Shown piece after piece: positions 1-8,262 of a stretch of DNA of 64,000 bases; position 1 is the stretch's first letter, and each line of letters opens with the position of its first letter. Made by a program: the position numbers and the translations under genes. A model generated the notes under the pieces. That model saw only the letters and a program-made list of their open reading frames with translations, did no database searches and was not told where the DNA came from. The stretch comes from Desulfosudaceae bacterium. GTDB lineage: Bacteria; Desulfobacterota; Desulfobacteria; Desulfobacterales; Desulfosudaceae. Where the stretch lies: the NCBI GenBank assembly GCA_963674745.2, contig CAXXDV010000003.1, forward strand, positions 2,144,001-2,208,000, given 5' to 3'.

Positions 1-615
1 TTTGTTATTGTGGCCGGTATTACACTGGGCTGGTTATTCACGAAAGTGTCCGGCGGAAAATTAATCGTGGCCAAGGAGGTTGGCCTGATTATCTCTCTGT
101 GCGCAGGCAATCTGATGGTCTGGCGCGCCAACACGCTGACCCGAAATGATATCCGCAAAATTATCATCAACCCCCATGTATTTAATATGGTTTACATGAT
201 CGCCGCCATTCTTATATTCAAACAAATACTTGAAAGCAGCGGCGCAGTCCACGACATCTGTTCTGAACTGATACGTTTGAAAATCCCCTTGATACTGGTA
301 TGGGGTATTCTGCCCCTTGTTGTCGGCCTTTTGACCGGCATCACCATCGCCTTTGTGGGCAGCACTTTCCCTATCCTGATCACCCTTACCACCACCCAGG
401 GGCATGACCAGTTGATGATGCCCTATATCATGCTGGCCCTTACCTGCGGTTTTTCAGGGGTCCTTCTTTCACCGGTTCACCTGTGCCTGTTGTTGTCGAA
501 CAATTTTTTCGGGACCACCCTTCGTCCCGTGTACAGATTGCTCTGGTTTCCCTGCACCTGCCTGGCCGGATGCGCCTTCATCTATTTTTTTCTTATACAA
601 CACGTTCTGGGTTAA
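1..615 (+). CDS. DUF401-like polytopic membrane protein (ion-transporter superfamily), 5' end outside the window
   Basis: Frame is open from base 1. Many hydrophobic helices; C-terminal GVLLSPVHLCLLLS motif typical of DUF401. Confidence 0.7.
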   Translation, partial: FVIVAGITLGWLFTKVSGGKLIVAKEVGLIISLCAGNLMVWRANTLTRNDIRKIIINPHVFNMVYMIAAILIFKQILESSGAVHDICSELIRLKIPLILVWGILPLVVGLLTGITIAFVGSTFPILITLTTTQGHDQLMMPYIMLALTCGFSGVLLSPVHLCLLLSNNFFGTTLRPVYRLLWFPCTCLAGCAFIYFFLIQHVLG

Positions 616-631
616 CCCGGATATTTCAGAT

Positions 632-2944
632 TTACAGAAGGGCCTTGTTGACATGATCATAGATCAAGGGGCTGGTACATACCTCGTAATACCGCTCCGA
701 AGACATTCCTTCCAGCCGGAATGTCTCGGGATGGATGATCGGAATCGTGGCTTCTCTGATGATAATCCGCTCATACTGCCGTGAATGGGTGGGATATATA
801 CCGGTGTAGACATTTATTTTGCTTTTGCTGACCTCGGGTATACTTAATACCATCTGCTTCAAATCAATTTCCCGGGACAACTTGTGAAAAGCGAAATTGT
901 CCAGCTGGATGCCGTTTACATTATATCGCAGATATTCCGAATCATCCGGTACAAGGCTGGCGTAGGATGACAGGAAAACAAACAGATTAAAGGTGTCCAT
1001 CTTTTTTTCCAGATGCTTGCGAAGCCCCTTATGGCAACCGGAGAGCCGATCCGCCCGGCTGATGGCAGAAGATATCATAATGCGATTGTCCGCATCAAAA
1101 AGATAGGTCGGCGGCGAGTCAAGATAACAGATCCCGATCCCTTGTTCCAGCACCGGCAACTGGTTTTTTCTGCTTTCTTCGTTGTGCTGCCTGACGATAC
1201 GTAGAATACGCGTTGCCAGGCCGCAGGCCCGGGCTACGGCATACCAGTCCTGGGGCGTTTCTTCCTTTTCAACAATGGACAGAATCAACGCGTCTCCCTC
1301 GATAAACACTTTGGACGCGTCATACTCCGGCAGAACACCGGTTATAGGATCAAAAAAATTCAGACTAAAGTATGAGGCCGGGTTCAGCCGCTTGTCGCTC
1401 AAACGGCTGGTCAGTTCCGTTGATCCTCTCACATCAGCCTTTAATATCACGTGATTGCGGACGGGACGACGCTCCGGAACCTGCTCGTCCATCCGATAGA
1501 ACTCATACAAGGTCCGGTTAACGCGAGACAGGTTAATTCGTTTTTCATCATCAAGCAGATTGACCCACTGCAGGTTTTCAGAAATCAATCGAAAATTCTT
1601 AAGATCCCGGTGATACATAACAAACGCCCTTAAAAAGGCCAGCAGGTATTCAAACTTTTTGGATCTTGCCACCCGTCGATATGCCTTGGCAGCCTTTGAA
1701 AGGGGTTTGAGTTGAATTTGATAACCGGCCCGGCTTTTTAACCGCGTCAGCTTTTCGAGCACTTTTTTTCGTTCTACCTTGTTCACAAAATAATTCAACA
1801 GATCATTGGGTAAAAGCGGGGGACAATAAACAGAAAGCACCGGTTGCATACCGTAATAAGCCATAATGGGATCCATCAATCCGCTTTTCCGGCAATGTTC
1901 ATAAAAAGCACCGAGCAGTTTTTTCTGCGCTGCCGCGATTTGTTTTAACTGCTCCCGTTCTTCCCTTGACGCTTTCTGATTTTTCTTTTCGTCACTGCGG
2001 TCCAGCGTAATAAAAAAATTAAACAGGCGGTCAATATTGTCCACGCTGCACAACAGGTTGTCCAGTTCACGATCCCTTTCGTCCGTGATATCCGCTTCAT
2101 TATTCTTGGACTTGTTAAGCATAAGCCGGACGCGATTATCCGCCAGGGATTCTTCCGCCGTCAGATCCGGCGGCAGGGTCTCTGACAGAAACGACTTAAT
2201 CATGGTCAATACCGCGTCATACCGGAGCGGGTCACTCATTCGATGCCCCAACAGCACATATTCCCTGATCATGAAAAAATCATCTATCGCGCCGTTGACG
2301 AACAGCACCGGGTTATAAAAAAACTCCCGGGGGACCAGAACTCTGCTCCCGAAATTGGAAAGATAGCTCTTATGGATATCCCGCTCCCAGGCCTCCAGAA
2401 TATTTTTCATTAACGCTCTGGCGACATGACTGGTAATGGGGATCAGGTTCTGCTGAAGCAGGGCCATATTTTCTTTTGAACGAATCAGGCTGGTGAGGTT
2501 TTGTGACCGGTTGATTTCATGTTTTCGAATTTTCTTCCGGTATTTCTTGACCAGCGTTCCGAACTGGGACTGGATTGATTCGCGACACATTTTGGTTACC
2601 GCGGCCTGAGCCAGTGCCACAATCTGAGGATCACGGACCTGCTTGGCTCTGTTTACGGCGCTTAACAGAATTTCAGAAAAACCTTTCTGAAACTCATTCC
2701 ATTCCGTATCAATCCTGAAATTGTCTTTTTCTATCAGATCACCGGCAATCTTCTGCGCCTCGGCAACCGTCAATTTGCTGATCAGTTGAGTGGTTGTATT
2801 ACGGAAAGCGGAACTGATATGTACATCATAACGGACATTGTCGATACCGGGAGTCAGCTTATCAAGGCTGAAAAAAACATGATAATGATGAAGCGGACCG
2901 TTGTTGTCCAGAATTTCCTTAATATATTCTTCAAGCCCGTTCAT
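632..2944 (-). CDS. 770 aa protein with a C-terminal class III nucleotide cyclase-like domain
   Basis: ILKADVRGST and FIEGDALIL match the two metal-binding Asp motifs of adenylate/guanylate cyclases; GIGI strand and SAISRADRL helix follow; long helical N-terminus. Confidence 0.65.
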   Translation of the reverse strand: MNGLEEYIKEILDNNGPLHHYHVFFSLDKLTPGIDNVRYDVHISSAFRNTTTQLISKLTVAEAQKIAGDLIEKDNFRIDTEWNEFQKGFSEILLSAVNRAKQVRDPQIVALAQAAVTKMCRESIQSQFGTLVKKYRKKIRKHEINRSQNLTSLIRSKENMALLQQNLIPITSHVARALMKNILEAWERDIHKSYLSNFGSRVLVPREFFYNPVLFVNGAIDDFFMIREYVLLGHRMSDPLRYDAVLTMIKSFLSETLPPDLTAEESLADNRVRLMLNKSKNNEADITDERDRELDNLLCSVDNIDRLFNFFITLDRSDEKKNQKASREEREQLKQIAAAQKKLLGAFYEHCRKSGLMDPIMAYYGMQPVLSVYCPPLLPNDLLNYFVNKVERKKVLEKLTRLKSRAGYQIQLKPLSKAAKAYRRVARSKKFEYLLAFLRAFVMYHRDLKNFRLISENLQWVNLLDDEKRINLSRVNRTLYEFYRMDEQVPERRPVRNHVILKADVRGSTELTSRLSDKRLNPASYFSLNFFDPITGVLPEYDASKVFIEGDALILSIVEKEETPQDWYAVARACGLATRILRIVRQHNEESRKNQLPVLEQGIGICYLDSPPTYLFDADNRIMISSAISRADRLSGCHKGLRKHLEKKMDTFNLFVFLSSYASLVPDDSEYLRYNVNGIQLDNFAFHKLSREIDLKQMVLSIPEVSKSKINVYTGIYPTHSRQYERIIIREATIPIIHPETFRLEGMSSERYYEVCTSPLIYDHVNKALL

Positions 2945-2989
2945 TCAAGAGCGCCCTATTGGTTTTTTCAGATCAAAAATAGGTCCGTT

Positions 2990-3826
2990 TCAGAGATTTT
3001 CAACAAACGCCTTTACACCAGACACATAGTCATCCAGCCCGTAATAAAAAATGGTGTTATGATCCGCTTTTCGAATCGTGATAAAACGTTTATTCTCAGC
3101 CGGGCTGCTTTCAAAAATCAACCGCCCGTCAGAAAAAGGAATAATATGATCATATTCGGCATGGATTACCAATAACGGCAAATGGCTGCGGGCGGCTTTG
3201 TCGATATTTCGGAACCCTTTTTCTTCCGTCAGCCCCAACCGGTCCGTATCAACCCCCATCAGCCTGAGCAACGGCAGCGCGTAGGCGAAACCACTTTCAA
3301 TGATTAAGCCGCTGATTTCCGAAGTTCTTTCAGCGGCCAGTTCCAACGCGCAGGCACTGCCCAGGGATCTACCCATGACAAATAATTTCCCGGAATAACC
3401 GGCGTCGGCAAGCCATTGCTTCACATAGTCAAAAACAGTATGCCCGTCTTTTATCATCGCAGATACGGTAGGCTGTCCTGACGAAAAACCGTATCCACGG
3501 TAATCCGCCACAAAAAAATTGATCCCCTGCCGGACAAATACGGCACCGATATCATCATAATCGAAAGCGATTTCACCGTTTCCATGAAAAAAAAGGATTG
3601 TCGGCTGCCGGCTGCCGGCCGTATGAAACACCGCACCGACTGCTTCAGCTTCATCTACGGTAATCAGGACCGGATCCATGGTTGCAGAAAAATCCTTGCG
3701 GACAGCTTCTCTGCGAGGATGAAAAAGAACCGAAATGATATCCGGATGATCAAAAATCGAATCGTCCGACCTGACTGTATCGGGCATGAGCACTCCGTAA
3801 TCATCAATTATGTCTGATTTAGCCAT
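2990..3826 (-). CDS. alpha/beta-fold hydrolase
   Basis: FFHGNGE, DYRGYG, nucleophile elbow GRSLG, HAEYD and ADHN (Ser-Asp-His triad). Confidence 0.9.
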   Translation of the reverse strand: MAKSDIIDDYGVLMPDTVRSDDSIFDHPDIISVLFHPRREAVRKDFSATMDPVLITVDEAEAVGAVFHTAGSRQPTILFFHGNGEIAFDYDDIGAVFVRQGINFFVADYRGYGFSSGQPTVSAMIKDGHTVFDYVKQWLADAGYSGKLFVMGRSLGSACALELAAERTSEISGLIIESGFAYALPLLRLMGVDTDRLGLTEEKGFRNIDKAARSHLPLLVIHAEYDHIIPFSDGRLIFESSPAENKRFITIRKADHNTIFYYGLDDYVSGVKAFVENL

Positions 3827-3902
3827 ATCCGCAAAACACTGTCAACAGTTTGCACGCCGATCAACCCATTTACACAAAATCCGGTTTACTTTCAATACAC
3901 TA

Positions 3903-3931
3903 TTGACATCCACAATAAAATTAAATATCTT
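3903..3931 (+). promoter_or_regulatory. candidate sigma70 promoter of the M23 gene
   Basis: TTGACA-17 bp-TATCTT in an AT-rich divergent intergenic region. Confidence 0.45.
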
Positions 3932-4045
3932 AATAGAGATAATGTATTGCCAAAATAAAAATATATATTCAACCGATTGACAGGCAAAAAGTTTTTTGTT
4001 TCTTTAAATTAAAGTAAAAATTACGAATAATCAGCTGTTGAGAGA

Positions 4046-5023
4046 ATGACCTTGAAATCTCTGACAAATAAACAGATCAGTTTTTCGGTTTTCAACGAGG
4101 CCGATCATTCCAGTCAAAAATTTTCTGTCTCACAATCGTTCTTTTTCCTTTCGGTTTTCTTTATATGTGCCTCGGTCTGCCTGACAGGCTTTATTGCGAT
4201 CAGAAGTCATACCCTGAAAAGGGCACTCCCATCACCGGTATTACTCAAAGAGGCCAAAAGCAATCAGGCCCACCTTATTTCCCAGCAGAAAGAACAGATC
4301 AGTCTCTTGACGGCAAAACTGGAAACCCTGAGCGATAAATTTGAACAACTTCAGGAAATGAAAAATGAAATTTGTAAAATCGGAAGAATTGAACAACCCG
4401 TAAAACGAGAAAACCTCTTTGGTATTGGTGGTTCCAGGGCAGAGACCATAACCGGTAATGTCGATTCTGAAATTGGCAATAACCCGGACTGCAGATTCGA
4501 TGCCGGCCAGGCTTCCCCGGAAAGCCTCCACAAAGATAAAAGTTTTGATCCGGGTGTCTTAAACGGGCGCACGCTTGTTTTGGATCGTTCCGACTTTTTT
4601 ATCAATCCCATTGCATGCATTCCATCATCCTCCCCCATAAACGGAGACATGACTCAGGAACTTCAGAAAAAACGGCAGTTGATCACGCAGACCAATGACG
4701 ACAGTAACCGGGGAGTACTGCTGGAAGTTTTACAGGGTAGTGACGTTATGGCGCCGGCCAACGGTATCATTACTTTTGTTGACCATGATAACGATTCAGG
4801 GGAGACCGTCATTATTGACCACGGTCACGGCTATATCACCAGATATACCAGTCTTAAATATGTAGCCCAAAAACGGGGAGCGCTTGTTTTAAAAGGAGAT
4901 GTTATCGGCCAGGCACAAACCGGTTCTTCTGAAGAACCGGCACAATTTTATTATGAAATAATCTTAAACGGCCTGCCCGTCAATCCGGAAAAATATATTA
5001 GCCACTACGCTTTTCTGTTATGA
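4046..5023 (+). CDS. M23/LytM-family protein (TM + coiled coil + M23 domain), probably catalytically inactive
   Basis: VMAPANG, VIIDHGHGYITRY, VLKGDVIG, YEIILNGLPVNP. Zn ligands HxxxD and HxH are replaced (NRGVL, QFY). Confidence 0.8.
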   Translation: MTLKSLTNKQISFSVFNEADHSSQKFSVSQSFFFLSVFFICASVCLTGFIAIRSHTLKRALPSPVLLKEAKSNQAHLISQQKEQISLLTAKLETLSDKFEQLQEMKNEICKIGRIEQPVKRENLFGIGGSRAETITGNVDSEIGNNPDCRFDAGQASPESLHKDKSFDPGVLNGRTLVLDRSDFFINPIACIPSSSPINGDMTQELQKKRQLITQTNDDSNRGVLLEVLQGSDVMAPANGIITFVDHDNDSGETVIIDHGHGYITRYTSLKYVAQKRGALVLKGDVIGQAQTGSSEEPAQFYYEIILNGLPVNPEKYISHYAFLL

Positions 5024-5074
5024 CCGTTTTGCCGATAATATCCTCCGTATGTATTTGGCCAGAATGCTTTCAAC

Positions 5075-5103
5075 TTGACAGATTTCAGCAAACAATTTAA
5101 TAT
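5075..5103 (+). promoter_or_regulatory. candidate sigma70 promoter of the CheY-CheC pair
   Basis: TTGACA-17 bp-TAATAT. Confidence 0.4.
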
Positions 5104-5188
5104 AATAGTTTAATTTAATCTCTTAACAGTATTTTCAACAATACTGTCAAAAAATTGACGTTCAGACGTTACACAAAGGGACAAGGTT

Positions 5189-5572
5189 ATGATTCGAAAA
5201 ATTCTGATTGTCGATGACTCCCCGGTTGCCCGTAAAATGCTCAAAAATTCCATACCCAAAAACAAAGGGTATGAAATATTTGAGGCAACGGACGGACAGG
5301 ACGGCATTAAAAAATATCAGATGTTGAAACCGGATGTTGTCTTTATGGACTTAACAATGCCCGGAGTTGACGGGTACACAGCGCTTGAGGAGATCCGAAG
5401 CCTTGACGGCAATGCCATGGTTATCGTCACAACAGCAGACGTCCAGCCGAAATCCATATCGACCGTTATGGAGCGCGGCGCCTTCACATTGTTAAAAAAA
5501 CCCGCCAAAGCCAATATTATTGAAGAAGCCCTGAACAAAGCGGAGTTAGCAATAAAGGAAAATAATGGATAA
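5189..5572 (+). CDS. single-domain response regulator (CheY-like)
   Basis: ILIVDD, FMDLTMP phospho-Asp, TTAD, KKP. Confidence 0.92.
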   Translation: MIRKILIVDDSPVARKMLKNSIPKNKGYEIFEATDGQDGIKKYQMLKPDVVFMDLTMPGVDGYTALEEIRSLDGNAMVIVTTADVQPKSISTVMERGAFTLLKKPAKANIIEEALNKAELAIKENNG

Positions 5573-6236
5573 TCATCCTGGCAACTCGGATTCCTTTTTT
5601 AGTGGCGAAGAAAGAGACATTCTTCAGGAAGTAATGAATATCGCTTTTGGAAACGCTACGGCTGATCTCGCCGAACTGATTGACATCCACACTGTTTTGA
5701 GTGTTCCGGATATCCGACTGATTGATTTTGACGAACTTACCGATTATCTGAAAGAGTCAATACCCCAGAACCAAGTTAACAGCGTTGCCGGTCAGAAATT
5801 CTGGGGAGACTTCAACGGATCGGGTTTGCTGTTCCTGCCCAGCGGCTCCGAACGCGCCTTGAGTAAATTTCTGAATCTTTCCAGACTGGATTCGCCGGTT
5901 GAGGTAGGCATTGTCAAAGATTTAGACGACACCATGAAAAGCGGCCTGTTGCTTGAAATAAGCAACATCCTTATCGGCGCCTGCGTGGGTAAAATATCCG
6001 ACTTGCTGGACACGATGGTGTCGTATACGCCGCCGGAACTGTTAAGCCTGGAAAAAACCGACTATTCGTTTTTAATTAAACATTTTGATACCGAGCAACG
6101 CGCCATTGTCATGAAAACACTTTTTCAGTTCGACCAGCAGAATATTAACGGGCTACTGCTGATCATGACAAACGACAAGTCTATTGACTGGTTAAAAAAA
6201 GCGCTGCATGCTTTTTTAAACGCTTACGAAAACTAA
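5565..6236 (+). CDS. CheC-family phosphatase-like protein
   Basis: Two ExxN motifs (LQEVMNI, LLEISNI); overlaps the receiver gene by 8 bp. Confidence 0.85.
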   Translation: MDNHPGNSDSFFSGEERDILQEVMNIAFGNATADLAELIDIHTVLSVPDIRLIDFDELTDYLKESIPQNQVNSVAGQKFWGDFNGSGLLFLPSGSERALSKFLNLSRLDSPVEVGIVKDLDDTMKSGLLLEISNILIGACVGKISDLLDTMVSYTPPELLSLEKTDYSFLIKHFDTEQRAIVMKTLFQFDQQNINGLLLIMTNDKSIDWLKKALHAFLNAYEN

Positions 6237-6241
6237 TCAGA

Positions 6242-6691
6242 TCATCCGCTCTTTAAGGCATCCATCAACTCAATTCTTCTGATATGGCGATGGTCGTTGG
6301 TGAATTCGGTTTCCAGCCATTTATTGGTAATAGCAATATTCTCATCCAAGGTAACTTTCCGGCCGGACAGGCACAGGATGTTGGACCGGTTATGTTCACG
6401 ACTGAGTAAGGCCATTTCTTCAGACAGGCAAAGAGCGGCCCGAACACCCGTAAAACGATTGGCCATCATCGACATCCCCAGGCCGGTTCCACAAACGAGT
6501 ATTCCCCGTTTGCACTCACCACGGGAAACCCCTTCAGCGACTTTATGCGCGTAGATAGGATAATCAACAGACGTATCGTCCTCCGGCCCCAGGTCTGAAA
6601 TATGCCAGGTCGAGTGGTTCCGGGACAGATAGTCAATAATGTCTTTTTTCATCAAATAGCCGGCATGATCACTTGCGATCCAGATGTCCAT
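6242..6691 (-). CDS. rpiB: ribose-5-phosphate isomerase B
   Basis: IASDHAG, SVDYP, CGTGLGMSM, SREHN, RHIRRI. Confidence 0.95.
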   Translation of the reverse strand: MDIWIASDHAGYLMKKDIIDYLSRNHSTWHISDLGPEDDTSVDYPIYAHKVAEGVSRGECKRGILVCGTGLGMSMMANRFTGVRAALCLSEEMALLSREHNRSNILCLSGRKVTLDENIAITNKWLETEFTNDHRHIRRIELMDALKSG

Positions 6692-6717
6692 TTATTTCCT
6701 CCCGTTTAGAACGTTTT

Positions 6718-7287
6718 TTAGCGGCCTTCACCGGGGAAACCGGGCAACCGCTCATCAAGCTGAACACCAAATGTATTCAACGCCATGGAAACCATATTGT
6801 ATTGTCCTACCGTAAAAACCAGATCCATGAGCTGTTCGGTATTATAATACCCTCTGAGGCAGGTCCAGGTCTGGTCACTAATGAACGCCTCCTGATACAG
6901 CTCATCAACCGCCCGGATCAGTGCGGATTCCAGTTCCGTCCAGCCCTCTGCCTGATCACCCTTGGTGATCCTGATGATTTCATCTTCAGACAGACCGCAC
7001 CTGCGACCGATCTTTGCATGCTGGGCCAGCTCATATTCGGAGTGGCACAGCCATCCGATTCTTAATATAACCATTTCCCGGTCACGCGGCGGTAAAGTTG
7101 AACCGGCAAGGATATAACTGCCGAAAACGATGAAATTCTTAAAAAGAACGGGATGCCGGGCAAACGTGGTGAACACATTATCCGGGTGCTTTTTACTTTT
7201 CGATCCAGAAAACCCCAAAAGCGCTCTTGTCTCTTCATCCAGTTCATCATATTCCGCGGGAGATATCCGCGGTTCTGACAGTTTCAT
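6718..7287 (-). CDS. carboxymuconolactone decarboxylase/AhpD-like protein
   Basis: LPPRDREMVILRIGWLCHSEYELAQH and LVFTVGQY are typical of this family. Confidence 0.85.
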   Translation of the reverse strand: MKLSEPRISPAEYDELDEETRALLGFSGSKSKKHPDNVFTTFARHPVLFKNFIVFGSYILAGSTLPPRDREMVILRIGWLCHSEYELAQHAKIGRRCGLSEDEIIRITKGDQAEGWTELESALIRAVDELYQEAFISDQTWTCLRGYYNTEQLMDLVFTVGQYNMVSMALNTFGVQLDERLPGFPGEGR

Positions 7288-7342
7288 CTACACCTCGGCG
7301 TTTTGTTGGTCGACAGACGACCTGTTTTTTATCCCGTTTTTC

Positions 7343-7374
7343 AAAAAACCGACTTGCGAACAAGATAAAGTCGG
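7343..7374 (-). terminator. terminator-like hairpin in the leader of the CMD/AhpD gene
   Basis: Minus strand CCGACTT-12 nt-AAGTCGG followed by T6. Confidence 0.4.
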
Positions 7375-7399
7375 CGGGGAAAGCCTCTGCCTTTTTTGG

Positions 7400-7428
7400 G
7401 TTATAGGAAATAGGGGGGGCTGTGTCAA
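7400..7428 (-). promoter_or_regulatory. near-consensus sigma70 promoter
   Basis: Minus strand TTGACA-17 bp-TATAAC. Confidence 0.6.
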
Positions 7429-7452
7429 AGATTTTTTAGTTCAAAAGAGCTC

Positions 7453-7481
7453 TTGAGTACACAACCCCGGCGTGGTAATAT
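7453..7481 (+). promoter_or_regulatory. candidate sigma70 promoter of the PilZ gene
   Basis: TTGAGT-17 bp-TAATAT with a TGn extended -10. Confidence 0.45.
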
Positions 7482-7508
7482 TATAAAACTTTTTTAACAG
7501 GATAAACG

Positions 7509-7865
7509 ATGGAAATTGAAAAAAGACAACATGTTCGTATTGATATGATTAACCCGTCTGAAGTACGGATTTACAACGACAGCGTTCTGGCCAAAGAAGG
7601 AACGGGACGGACAATCAATATCTCAAAAGGCGGCGTACTTCTGGAAACATCCTTTCCCATTGAAAAAGGGGAGAAAGTTGCGCTGGTGATCACGCTGGCA
7701 AAAGAATTTGTTTATATCAGCGGCAGTGTGGCACATGCACGTCGGGAAAATGACAATTGTTACAAAACCGGCGTGGCATTCCAATCAATCGACGACCGTG
7801 GCCTGGTTATCCTGGACAAATATATCAAGATGTTCATGAAAAATCGCTCAAAAGATAACAGCTGA
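7509..7865 (+). CDS. PilZ-domain c-di-GMP receptor
   Basis: RQHVR (RxxxR) and NISKGG ((D/N)xSxxG) motifs are intact. Confidence 0.9.
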   Translation: MEIEKRQHVRIDMINPSEVRIYNDSVLAKEGTGRTINISKGGVLLETSFPIEKGEKVALVITLAKEFVYISGSVAHARRENDNCYKTGVAFQSIDDRGLVILDKYIKMFMKNRSKDNS

Positions 7866-8262
7866 CCTTTTTCGTCTCAACGCGGCCTGACTTTATTTAA
7901 CACTTTTTCCAGTGCCCGGACATGCATTCAGCCGTATTTTTCACCACTTTGCTTAATGGTCCTCAGCCCAGCCGAAACCTTTTTCCAGGATAATGTCGCC
8001 GCGATCAAAACCACTCAGGCGTCCTAAAAAAGCCAGAACCTGAGTAAACCGGGATGCGATCACTGAAAAACAATGATTTTTATTTACATCGGCTGCAACT
8101 TCCATGGCAAACAAAAAACCGCCTGTCCCGGGTTTTTATGTCCAACTTGTTATCAATGTTGACTTTGACCTTGATTTTTCCTGTTTCTATGATAATATAC
8201 CGAAAATTATTGTTAAAAAATGTCATCACGATCCCGGCCCAAACTGATATAAAGAGGGTTCT

